Positions 22,511 through 33,188 of a stretch of DNA of 64,000 bases are shown here, piece after piece. The notes under the pieces are model-generated. The model had not been told where the DNA came from and made no database searches. It worked only from the letters and a program-made list of their open reading frames with translations. Positions within the stretch are counted from its first letter, which is position 1; every line of letters starts with the position of its first letter. The translations under genes and the position numbers were made by a program. Origin of the DNA: Dudresnaya verticillata. Taxonomy: Eukaryota. The stretch is from NCBI GenBank assembly GCA_977862235.1, contig OZ374566.1, positions 124,001 through 188,000 of the forward strand, given 5' to 3'.

Positions 22511-24915
22511 GACGATTTGTGGGGTAGTGTGAGAATGAAAAAGACGATGCTCTTCTTTCCTGGTCGGTTAATGTTCTTTGTGATTGCCCTTGTGTGGTGG
22601 AGGTTGTGTTACAAAGGTGACCTTTTATAGGCATGGGGTGGGTGAGAACAGGTAGCCGTCTGGGGAATCTTCTGTGAGAGGAGCAACCCCAGGGGATCAA
22701 ACATTGTGTGGTGGTATGAGGCGTTGCATGGCGTGGACAGGAATCCGCAGTTGGATGCTCTGGAAGTGCCAAGCCTCGTAATCTCTGGCTGCTCAGGACT
22801 TGCAACTGTAACACTTGCGACGATGTTCTGATGATCAAGAGAAGATTAGACATGCCTTGGAGTTATGGCCAGGTACAGAGAAGATAGTAGAGCCGGTGTT
22901 TGGGTATCAATTATCAACAAACGCGGCTTGAGCAGCTTTGCGTAACCCGGGGTTTGAAGCACTGCTGCGGCTTCTTCGAGCAGTCCTCTTGACTGGGATT
23001 TAGATGTATCATGAAGAAAAGGAACATTTTGGAGGTTGGTTGGAGCAAATCCTCAAAGCCGCATCAACATCGCAGAGAAATCGTCGTAGCGGTGCACTTA
23101 GAGCGCAAAAGAAGTGTAGTTGTATTAAGCCGCAGGAGAGAGTTAGAAGTGGAACAGGGCGATCGATGCCGCACTCCTGGACAAAGGCCGTACACGTACA
23201 TCGGGTGCCACGTGGTAACGACGGGTACGGCTGTACTAGGAGCTACAAGTTTTCGCGAAGGCTAGATGAGATGAATAAAATGGGGACCTTTATGCATACC
23301 GGAAAGACGCGGCGGTTCCTTTGCAGAAGTCCTGCGCGGATTCCAATTGGGACAAGCCCCAGACCAATCTGAATCACACTGGAAGAGTGCTTCAAAACGG
23401 GATTTTTTGCCAATCGAGAGCCTCTCGTTGCTCGTTCCACCTCAAGGCCATGCATGCCACGTCATTCACTTCCCGCTACTAAGTCCCGCAGCAGGGTGTA
23501 CCTTGTTTACATAACATGTTACTGAGAATCGGTTGCTACAAACGTCACGGTACCGTAGTAAGATACCAGACCCGTGGAACCTTCTTGAAAGTACAGTTTA
23601 CAGTCGCATGTGCAACATGCCGCACCGCTCCCCAGGCATCGTTGTATAGGGATCAAAATTGAATCCTGGAAAGCTCCCCAGTCTAGACACCCGCAGCTCT
23701 TGTGCGACTTGACGTCAGAAACTCTGCCGAAGGTGAACAATCCCGTGAGGGAAGCGGCATACCGAGAGTTGTACTCTACATCGTCCGAATCCACGCCCAT
23801 GAAAGCCTTAGCAGCATCGTGACAATATGTCGTGTCGTGCCACAATCGCAATCCTTGTAAGTAGGCGAGATAAGCATCATGGCACGTGTTCAGTATGATG
23901 CGAGCCGGGTATGTCGTACAACACCACACAGGTTTAAAGTTAGCCTGGTCGAGTAAATGCTTAACATCATAATGCTTTAACCAATCTTAAGCGATCCAAC
24001 TTTTATCTTTGGAGGGGATGTTATAGGGTACTCTCCAGATTGGTACAAACACGCACCGGCAAGACTTGGCCTGAGCAACTCCATGGCGGACCAAGCAAAA
24101 TTAAACCACTAAGCTTTTGTCGCTCCTTGCGGCTTTGCCTGGCGTAGTGCCGTGATGCTCTCTGCTGAAGATTCTACCTTCAGTCGGTATCTACAGGGAC
24201 TAGGAATCGTTTCGACTATAAATGCACCGTCGCGGTGCACTCTTTGCTAGTCTGCTCACGACACCAGGGACTACCGTTCAAGTCCCCCTTCAGAGCCTTC
24301 AAGCTCCTTATGTTCTCTACCCACTTCATATCCGTAGGAATAACTACACTGTCAGACGCCTCGGTCCGTATTGCTCCCTGTACAGTACGTGCTATCCGTA
24401 CGTTCGTGAATACGGTAATAATAGTACACTAAGATAGACTTACGGGAAACCGTAATAATACGCACAGTCAGATACTAGAGTGGAGGTTTAAAAGGTACAT
24501 TAAAACACACAGAGGAAACACATTAGATCTACAGCGGTGAGAAACAAGTACTGAGTGGAAACGTGAACAATGGTGCCTTCCCTTCCACATCGACGAGGAA
24601 TAGTTGGTCTAGGATTCCAGACATTCTTCTTCTCGATGTGCGGGTGGTCATTGGTATGCCAAAACTGGGACATATCGATGGCCTTGCCAACAAGTGATAC
24701 CGACATTGCCCCCGTATGTTCAGCACCAGCGTCTTGTCGCTTAGTATCAATACCTTCGACAAAATATTCAATCTGTAGCAGCGGATGCTTGGACATAAAA
24801 TTCTCTTCACCAGAACAAGACGTCCGATGGTAACACTCAAAGGCGCAGCCACACCCGCACTTATCTGCAGCTTGACACAGCTGACAGAGAACCTGGTGCT
24901 GAGCATCTTGTCATC

Positions 24916-26793
24916 TCATGAAATCCATATTTTCTCCGCGTAGCTAGGTAATGGCTGAGCTGCTGTCTCGCCATGCTCAACCTTATCGAGTAAGAAAATT
25001 TTCGGCTTACCAGAATTTCCATACTGTTTCCAGAACAGACTCCCAGCGTCTTGAAACGTTTGGGAATCTCTAAACCCCCACGTATCTCGGATGATTTTCT
25101 GTTTCTCGGATGTGAGCTGGCTGCCGCGGGTGAAATCGAAACATAGGATGTCCAAACAAAGAGGGCGATCAACGAGAAGGCATTTACCATCGTTGGAAGC
25201 TGTACTCTTGGCTTCCTCGTGCATAAAGTTGCCAAAAAGGGTGCACTTTTCATTTCTTCGAGCAATTATTTTGATTGAAGGACGAGTGCCCAGCGCCTGC
25301 CTCAGCAACACCAACCTGTAGTTGTCTGAACTGGGTCCGATATCTGAATCTGAACCCGAATCTGATTCCGACCAGGATGACAAGCTAGCAGGCGCTCGGT
25401 CCCATAATGCGTACTGAGACTCCCAATCCTTGACAGCTTCGATGAAATTCATCCGTGCAATGGTCACAAGGTCGCATCTCAGAAGAGCATAGCGTGCAAA
25501 CTCAATTGCAGGACTTTCGTACTTACGGTCGATCCCGTTCTTCGCCAGTGCGGATCCCTTCACTTTCAATTCCTTGCAGCTGGAGGATACAATTGCCGCT
25601 CGCTCCCCCGGATGCACTATAGTAGTGCCGAGGTGGCTTGTGAATTTTGCTCCCTTCCGCAACATTGCGGAGCTGGAGACATACCCAGTGGCCATATCAT
25701 GAAGCACAAGGCTATCCAGACCGGGCTTTGATGGGAAGGGAAATTCTTTGCTCACCTCGGCGACAATTTCTTCCCAGCAATCAATGAACTTTCTCCAGCT
25801 GCTCCGGATAGATGCGAATATCGTTGTCTGAAGCCCTCGAAGATTGACAGCGTGTGAAGCCCTACCACTTGTCACCACATTTACTCCATTGCAACTTGAC
25901 ATTTGCACCGCGCGCTGACGAGTTGAGAGTGTCTCCTTTCCACAGCTGCGGACTATCCTGCACCGTTGATACATTTGATATATTTTGTCAACATGCAGAG
26001 CAACAGAATAGACTTGATCAATGTTTTGAGCGTGCCAATGCTCAAGGCTTTCAGCAAGAAGTTCGGACGGGTCTTGGTGGCTGTGGGCATCATTCATCAC
26101 TTGGCCTATATTTGCATACTTAGCATCAATGCAGTAACTCTCGAAAGATTGCTTGAAAGCTCTTTCTCTTGCGAACGCGTTGCGCATGTTTTCTGACAGG
26201 ATAAGTGGTGGCTGCTTGTGTAGGCTTCCTTCGTTTTCTCGGCTCGTGAAAAAGTTGACGACTGCAATCCATGTTGAAGGGTCAATATCGATTCCTGCTG
26301 CCTTTGAAACGAGAGTTCGTGAGGTGAAGGCCCAACACGGCGGGCTTTCGGCGGGACCTAGGAGGCGGTTAGCAGCACGGTCAATTGCTTCGGCAAAGTC
26401 ACAGGTATGACCCCAGTCGAAGACTGTGGATATGCGCAATGAGGAGCGGGTCCAATGCACGAGTTGGTTGTACTCCCTAACTCTCCTCTCGGAATGAGCC
26501 TTGGCGCGAAGCCAAGAGTATGTGATCTCGAGCTTCTTGTCAACCCATGGGACAAGACTCAGGGCTTCCATGACTTGTCCTACTGTGTTCCTGGAGCGAG
26601 GAAGCTGTAGGGCGCGCTCATCAGTCGCACCCCACGGGTTTGGAACCTGAGGACGCCTGTGTGTGCGAAGGTATGTACAGGGGCGGCCAAATCCTTTGTG
26701 GTTGCGAAGCGAGGCAGACTGAGTGGCAGTGCACTCGGGGTTTTGCAACAGCGGGCCTTTTCTTTGCGAGAATATTGGGGAGCGACGTTGCAA
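24916..26793 (-). CDS. Hypothetical protein (625 aa), possibly part of a disrupted longer gene
   Basis: Long ORF with no recognised motif. It has an in-frame continuation after TGA (24529..24906) and an overlapping upstream ORF (26621..27142) containing a hydrophobic stretch. Confidence 0.55.
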   Translation of the reverse strand: MQRRSPIFSQRKGPLLQNPECTATQSASLRNHKGFGRPCTYLRTHRRPQVPNPWGATDERALQLPRSRNTVGQVMEALSLVPWVDKKLEITYSWLRAKAHSERRVREYNQLVHWTRSSLRISTVFDWGHTCDFAEAIDRAANRLLGPAESPPCWAFTSRTLVSKAAGIDIDPSTWIAVVNFFTSRENEGSLHKQPPLILSENMRNAFARERAFKQSFESYCIDAKYANIGQVMNDAHSHQDPSELLAESLEHWHAQNIDQVYSVALHVDKIYQMYQRCRIVRSCGKETLSTRQRAVQMSSCNGVNVVTSGRASHAVNLRGLQTTIFASIRSSWRKFIDCWEEIVAEVSKEFPFPSKPGLDSLVLHDMATGYVSSSAMLRKGAKFTSHLGTTIVHPGERAAIVSSSCKELKVKGSALAKNGIDRKYESPAIEFARYALLRCDLVTIARMNFIEAVKDWESQYALWDRAPASLSSWSESDSGSDSDIGPSSDNYRLVLLRQALGTRPSIKIIARRNEKCTLFGNFMHEEAKSTASNDGKCLLVDRPLCLDILCFDFTRGSQLTSEKQKIIRDTWGFRDSQTFQDAGSLFWKQYGNSGKPKIFLLDKVEHGETAAQPLPSYAEKIWIS

Positions 26794-27743
26794 CAGGCAA
26801 GACTAGTGTGATCACACTGGCAATCCTGAACCACGAAGATATGAGCAAATTGCTGATTTTAATGGTCGTTGGGGGCTGTGGAGCTGTATTCCCTCCGGTG
26901 TTGCAGGTGTATCGACTTGAGTGCAGTTTTAAGCCGTCCACATATAGGTCTCCATCCGTGCCGACAAACCGCCATTGGCTATCTGCAACGAGAAGGTACA
27001 GCTGTTGATTACAGCTCGCAGCCTTATTAGTCGACTGACCTCGGAAACGCAGCTTGTACGGTACTGAAACAGTGTTCGGGTAATCCGAGTCAACTCGCTG
27101 CGCAGCGTGAGAGATAGATAGTAGGAAAGGTAGGTGTACCAATGGGTAGAGTAAAGTTGGGAAGGAAAAAAGAAAAAGGTCGGCAAAGCTCTGCGTGGTG
27201 CTTCCCCTTCGCTCAGGGATCTCAACCCACCAGGCCGCCTTTGTTGTGCCGATCGCCAGTGCTCATGCGTTCAACCGTGGCAAAAGGAGGAAGCGAATTC
27301 GCTTGCAATGAAACCCCGGCAGGAACCTGTTCTGGGAACCTACCACAGGAATACCTGTTGGGGAAGACCTGACGCGCAATGCAGTCTGCGAGTGATAGGT
27401 GTTACAAACTCCGAAAGAATAGAGAGATTGCCACGAAGGAGACCATCGCGGTACGGGTACCCTTCGTCATGATGCAGGGCCATTTGCACTACTGCAAATA
27501 TGCAACAACATTTTCAACCATCCTAGGTTTATCATGAGTGTCAATCTTGGATCCTGTCAAGTCCTTGGAGCGGCGTTCGGGGTGAATGAATTTGCTCGGT
27601 CTTAAAGAAATAAATTGCTGTTCGCCTCGTTTTCATACTGTTTGTCTTCTTACTACCTCTCTTTACCTCTAGCAATTCTAGTCTACTGTGCTAACTTTCC
27701 ATAAAAACGTAATGAAATGGTCATTCCGTTGTCAACTATTGTA

Positions 27744-29285
27744 TTAAGGGGTCGACGAAATACCCCCCGTTCGGAACCTGTACAAAGCATGGAAAACATA
27801 CCGCAGTGGTGAGAGTAGAGCATGCGCAGTCTCGGGCACTACTGCTGCTGTATAAGTTGAAGCCACGACTCCATTGACTACAATCCGCCCGTCTAACGTT
27901 TGCGGATTGAACAATCCTCGACTTTGGATTACTGTTTTCCTCTGGATTCTCGCAGTCCCTCCACACCCGAGCTGAATTGTATCCCCCACTCTGCATCGGT
28001 AAGCAGGCAATAGCTTGTTGTTGACGTAAAGCAGATGTCCACGAGACAGCGCTAAAGGCAACGCAAGGGACGAGCTGTGTAGCTCGATGAATTCATTTCC
28101 TCCTTGATGTTCCCGATGCGTGAACATAAACACTTCCGAGTACTCGTCAACTCCAACCTTCACACGATCACCAACCTGAAGTTCTTCCATTTTTAGAATC
28201 ATTCCATTATCGAGCAGAACAGTCCCGGAGGCAGGGAAGCACTCTCGTGTGGCAGACGGGTCCGAATCTAACAAATCGGATGCAGGCGTAGAAAAAGGAT
28301 CTTCCGTATCATCCGAGTCCCCAGTAACAGTTGGTCCAGATTCATCTGCAACGAAAAGAGGTGGAGGTGGAGTCGCTATTGATGGCGCATTGGGTTGTCT
28401 TTCAAAAATGCTCTGACCATCGTTTGAGGTAGAATACTTGACCCCAATCTCATCTAACCATTCCAGATAGCTTGAAATACGAATGTAACCGGAAGGCGAC
28501 TCAGGCTCGTCACAACTTTTGCCGAAAGAAATAATCCCTACTTGCACGATATTTCCAGAGCCGTCGAACAGGAAGAGCGGTCCACCGACGTCCCCAAAGC
28601 ACACGTTGCACCCTCCCGCATTAAATCCAGCGCATATATGGAGGTTTCCTTGCACGTCAAACATTTCCAGTTGTTCTTGACAGGTTGCAACCGGCTGCAC
28701 CGGTAAATCAACTTGAAACAGCTTTCCTAACTCTTCATCGCTTCCAAGTGTCAACCCGTAGCCAGCAGCTCGAACAAAAGAAAAGTCTGAAGGAATAGAC
28801 GCATTTGAATTGAGTCGGACGTACTGCGACCCGGTCGGTGCTGGGTCGGCGAGGCGGATGAGCTGTACATCGAGAAAGTAATTCTTTCCCAAGTCGTACG
28901 AGGGATGTTGGAAGATTTCTGCTATAGCCAGTTCTCTGCCCTCAGAAGACGATAGCCCCCCTGCCCGTAAAATATCTGCACCCGGATGAACTGGACACCA
29001 TGCGGAAGTTAACACCCAGTGTTCTGAAATCAGCGATCCCGAACATATTGTATCTCCGAGCTCATTTGTAATAGACACCATATACTTCTCAAGCTCTCCG
29101 GTTGGAAGAATCCCATTGACAACACGATCATTTGCTGAACTCACTGCAACGGCTCCTCCGGCTGGCAGAGCAGGTACGCAAGCCTGACGAGACGAAAGTG
29201 GTAGTGACTGTTGGGCATAAGATTCTCGTGATAGTAGACATAGTCCTCCTAAGTAAATGACTCGTCTCAAGAAGAGACGATGCAT
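27744..29285 (-). CDS. Secreted inactive trypsin-like domain fused to a Hedgehog-type Hint (Hog) domain
   Basis: ATG at 29285 gives signal peptide MHRLFLRRVIYLGGLCLL, then R|VVNG, TSAWC (His->Trp) and GDVGGP (Ser->Val). Hint domain from 28241: CFPASG, LQVGDRV, LSRGHLLY, GLFNPQTLDGRIVVNGVVASTY. Confidence 0.9.
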   Translation of the reverse strand: MHRLFLRRVIYLGGLCLLSRESYAQQSLPLSSRQACVPALPAGGAVAVSSANDRVVNGILPTGELEKYMVSITNELGDTICSGSLISEHWVLTSAWCPVHPGADILRAGGLSSSEGRELAIAEIFQHPSYDLGKNYFLDVQLIRLADPAPTGSQYVRLNSNASIPSDFSFVRAAGYGLTLGSDEELGKLFQVDLPVQPVATCQEQLEMFDVQGNLHICAGFNAGGCNVCFGDVGGPLFLFDGSGNIVQVGIISFGKSCDEPESPSGYIRISSYLEWLDEIGVKYSTSNDGQSIFERQPNAPSIATPPPPLFVADESGPTVTGDSDDTEDPFSTPASDLLDSDPSATRECFPASGTVLLDNGMILKMEELQVGDRVKVGVDEYSEVFMFTHREHQGGNEFIELHSSSLALPLALSRGHLLYVNNKLLPAYRCRVGDTIQLGCGGTARIQRKTVIQSRGLFNPQTLDGRIVVNGVVASTYTAAVVPETAHALLSPLRYVFHALYRFRTGGISSTP

Positions 29286-30611
29286 GTTCTGGAATAAGGA
29301 AAAAAAGAGGGTTCGGCGAAGATGGGTCAAGACACGAACAGGATTTCGAGATGTGTTTCCGGGCTTTGCGATGAGGAAAGATGAATGTTGCGCCCCGCTA
29401 TCAGCTTGGACGTGAAAAAGGGGGTGGGAGGGTCCTTGTTCCAACTATGCCCCTGCGTTCGAACCAAAAAGACGTGTGTTCAGTGCGACTGATACCGTCA
29501 TAGATCTTCCTGAATATACGTTTTTGTTTCTGTTAAACTGTTCTAGGAGTGTCATGGATATTTCGTGTGAAGAAGAGAACATGATGATGGTGCAATGTCG
29601 GAGCTTGAAGCCTTGTTTTGACGCTACCTCTGCAGCATGCACGTCCAGACAGAGACAAATGCCGCCAAGAAGCCTTGCCCTTGCCTATCTCTTAATTCGC
29701 GTTACGAGGACTTAGCTTTAAAGCCTAGTTCAGAACCGGTTGGAATCACGGGCACTACTTATTAGATATGACCCGATACCTAACACGTATATTGCACATA
29801 GACTGATGATTAATGTCAAACCTGAGTGAAAGCCAAGTTGCTGGCGTATAATCAACGTTCGATGTCCTGAAGGTCGGTGCAGTCTGGCCAAGTATATAGA
29901 AAGACGTTACTGGGAGCCAACAGGTTGAACGTTGTACACTAAGCAACAACAGTGGCTGGCGTAATGTTGTTTTGCACGGGCAGATGGACTACACAGAGCA
30001 GCGCTTTGAGACCCCCTGCCTCAACAACACAAGGTTGTGCTCGAGTGTTGTTGTACCTCGGCCTTGTCGCTGAGAATGTCCGAGGGCCCTGGTATATACA
30101 ACCCGAAAACCCGAAAAGCCCCCAATGCCTTGGCGCTGCCCCACACTTTGCATTGCGACATCTCTGAAAGCCCTATGAAACGGCTGCAGATACGGTCCGG
30201 TCAGTAAAGAGAGGAGTGGCCCGAAAAGCTATCGTGAACGTCCACGACGAAATTTGTTCCCAACTACGGCGTTTGTCAACCCTTTGTGTGGAGCGTCGTC
30301 CCGTATCTGCCACCAACACTCTGCGATAACGATGGGTCTCGACAGACTTAAAATTTCATCGAGCACCCATTTGTTCCCTTGTGCTGCAGGGGAGATGCAT
30401 AGCTTTGTAGTGAGACTCCAGTGCTGTGTCTAAAGTGCGTAAAGGGCGCTTGCTTGTATTTCAAAACATCAATACGCTTCACCCGTCGCGTCAATGTGTG
30501 ACGAGTGATTTCATTCGCGTGCGCTGCGAAGTGGCCAACTTTCGGCATGGAGCTAAGACTTGGTGCGGTAAAGCGTGCGTACGTGAAGCAACGAATGGGA
30601 ACGGCAACCGT

Positions 30612-33188
30612 CTAGACAAGCTCCCCCACATTAGTGCTTTGCAATAAATTGTAGCTGTAAGTGCCCAATGGCTCGTCGCGTGAGCTCGTAATCCCTCGAG
30701 CCGACAAGCAACAGCCTTCCGCAAATCCGATACACTTCTTAACGGTTTCTGCACATTCAATCATCTTCTCTTCTTCAAGACTCGCAACGCGGTAGCTCAA
30801 GACGTGCCCGACAACCTTATCGCTCTGCTCTTCGTAATCTTCAACTTCAACAGTTAGAGCATATCCGGATATTACGCCTCCAAGCAGTCGGACAATCAAG
30901 ATCGTTCGGCGAGCGGATTCACTGTTCCAAACCGCAAGCTCTGAAAGCTCCCCGCCGATGGCGTTGAACAAAACTCGGCTTTCATCATCCAAGATCCGTA
31001 CTGCTGGCAAAAGTTCCTCGAAGCCTTTCCAACAAGGCCCTGTTTCGTTCCTGCGGACCTCAGTCGGTCTTGCTACAACATCAGTACTCTTCTCTAACCA
31101 CTCTGAGCTTAATTCTCGGATCAGGTCTCGACTTTCATTCTTTCCTTGAACTCTGTACAAACCTGATTCGTTTCGTCTGTCCTTGTAGGTTGGGTTGATG
31201 CTCAAAAGGGCATATTTCAAGAGTTCTACTTCGTCTTCTTCAAACATGCTTCTCTTGTGATACAAAAGCGGGGAGCATATTGCCTTTCCCAACGCGAGTC
31301 GACATGTCGCTATGGGATCTACGTAACTTGACATAAACACATTCCCATCATTCATGTATAAGTGGCCACTTTCTTCATCAATTGATATCATTCCACCTCG
31401 CACAAACGCCGCGACTTTTTCCACACTCATCCAGAAGCTAGACCTGATTTCGCCTCGTTGTGGCAACGAGACGATTCGAACAGTCGGCAAAATAAGATAA
31501 GGCTCAATACCATGCTCGGCCCACTTCCCGACCGTGCGTCCAGTTGCATCACTCCAAAATAGAAACCGATCGGCAGATATGACGTCAGTGAGCCTTCTGA
31601 CGACGCCGAATATGCGTTGTCTGTCAAGCTCGATCTGTTCAGCAGAAGTCCGTTTATGTTTGTATGAAATACAGCAAGCCAGCACACCTTGCCCCAGGAG
31701 TTCTTCGAGCGTAGAGGGCTCGATTCCCGTTGTGAACGTCTCCTCCACAGGTGTACGTCTATAATAGCATATGCGGTTCGCGTACTGGGAGATCATCGCG
31801 ATGTTCTCCTGATTTAGTGCCGAAGCGAGTATCACGCGAGCAGCTGACGCTGGAGGCCTCCCGCCTTCTCTTCTGAATTGCAGAAGCGCGCACATCGACT
31901 TTGTCCAAGACCTCATATACCAGCATCTCCACAACGTAGTTGGTGGATTCACGAGCACGCCGAATATGCGTTGTCTGTCAAGCTCGATCTGTTCAGCAGA
32001 AGTCCGTTTATGTTTGTATGAAATACAGCAAGCCAGCACACCTTGCCCCAGGAGTTCTTCGAGCGTAGAGGGCTCGATTCCCGTTGTGAACGTCTCCTCC
32101 ACAGGTGTACGTCTATAATAGCATATGCGGTTCGCGTACTGGGAGATCATCGCGATGTTCTCCTGATTTAGTGCCGAAGCGAGTATCACGCGAGCAGCTG
32201 ACGCTGGAGGCCTCCCGCCTTCTCTTCTGAATTGCAGAAGCGCGCACATCGACTTTGTCCAAGACCTCATATACCAGCATCTCCACAACGTAGTTGGTGG
32301 ATTCACGAGCACGCCGAATATGCGTTGTCTGTCAAGCTCGATCTGTTCAGCAGAAGTCCGTTTATGTTTGTATGAAATACAGCAAGCCAGCACACCTTGC
32401 CCCAGGAGTTCTTCGAGCGTAGAGGGCTCGATTCCCGTTGTGAACGTCTCCTCCACAGGTGTACGTCTATAATAGCATATGCGGTTCGCGTACTGGGAGA
32501 TCATCGCGATGTTCTCCTGATTTAGTGCCGAAGCGAGTATCACGCGAGCAGCTGACGCTGGAGGCCTCCCGCCTTCTCTTCTGAATTGCAGAAGCGCGCA
32601 CATCGACTTTGTCCAAGACCTCATATACCAGCATCTCCACAACGTAGTTGGTGGATTCACGAGCACGCCGAATATGCGTTGTCTGTCAAGCTCGATCTGT
32701 TCAGCAGAAGTCCGTTTATGTTTGTATGAAATACAGCAAGCCAGCACACCTTGCCCCAGGAGTTCTTCGAGCGTAGAGGGCTCGATTCCCGTTGTGAACG
32801 TCTCCTCCACAGGTGTACGTCTATAATAGCATATGCGGTTCGCGTACTGGGAGATCATCGCGATGTTCTCCTGATTTAGTGCCGAAGCGAGTATCACGCG
32901 AGCAGCTGACGCTGGAGGCCTCCCGCCTTCTCTTCTGAATTGCAGAAGCGCGCACATCGACTTTGTCCAAGACCTCATATACCAGCATCTCCACAACGTA
33001 GTTGGTGGATTCACGAGCACTCTTCTTAATAACGACGGAACAAAGGTGGTTACAAACGAAATAAGTCCTATACGGGATATCTGCAGGGAAAACATGGGCT
33101 TTAGGCTCCCTAAGGTGTCTCCGAGTGCTGGTTTCGCCTTCATGACGTACAACAGGGCCTCCAGCGAATCACGTAGCCTCCTCCACAT
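30612..33188 (-). CDS. Hypothetical protein with 4 identical 118-aa repeats and a TIR/HET-like motif set
   Basis: 858-aa ORF. After the last repeat it reads CCISYKH...FLFWSD...KWAEHGIEPY...SSFWMSVEKVAA. Confidence 0.7.
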   Translation of the reverse strand: MWRRLRDSLEALLYVMKAKPALGDTLGSLKPMFSLQISRIGLISFVTTFVPSLLRRVLVNPPTTLWRCWYMRSWTKSMCALLQFRREGGRPPASAARVILASALNQENIAMISQYANRICYYRRTPVEETFTTGIEPSTLEELLGQGVLACCISYKHKRTSAEQIELDRQRIFGVLVNPPTTLWRCWYMRSWTKSMCALLQFRREGGRPPASAARVILASALNQENIAMISQYANRICYYRRTPVEETFTTGIEPSTLEELLGQGVLACCISYKHKRTSAEQIELDRQRIFGVLVNPPTTLWRCWYMRSWTKSMCALLQFRREGGRPPASAARVILASALNQENIAMISQYANRICYYRRTPVEETFTTGIEPSTLEELLGQGVLACCISYKHKRTSAEQIELDRQRIFGVLVNPPTTLWRCWYMRSWTKSMCALLQFRREGGRPPASAARVILASALNQENIAMISQYANRICYYRRTPVEETFTTGIEPSTLEELLGQGVLACCISYKHKRTSAEQIELDRQRIFGVVRRLTDVISADRFLFWSDATGRTVGKWAEHGIEPYLILPTVRIVSLPQRGEIRSSFWMSVEKVAAFVRGGMISIDEESGHLYMNDGNVFMSSYVDPIATCRLALGKAICSPLLYHKRSMFEEDEVELLKYALLSINPTYKDRRNESGLYRVQGKNESRDLIRELSSEWLEKSTDVVARPTEVRRNETGPCWKGFEELLPAVRILDDESRVLFNAIGGELSELAVWNSESARRTILIVRLLGGVISGYALTVEVEDYEEQSDKVVGHVLSYRVASLEEEKMIECAETVKKCIGFAEGCCLSARGITSSRDEPLGTYSYNLLQSTNVGELV
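31603..33020. repeat. 4 x 354-bp tandem repeat, in frame
   Basis: Units start ACGCCGAATATG at 31603, 31957, 32311 and 32665. Translated copies are identical, with 2-bp AC microhomology at the junction. Confidence 0.97.

Noticed and set aside
23004..23929. Short ORFs (122 and 136 aa)
   Set aside because: No recognisable motif or coding signal; cannot be supported.
31603..33020. CRISPR-like array
   Set aside because: Units are 354 bp, contiguous, spacer-less and coding, and the context is eukaryotic.
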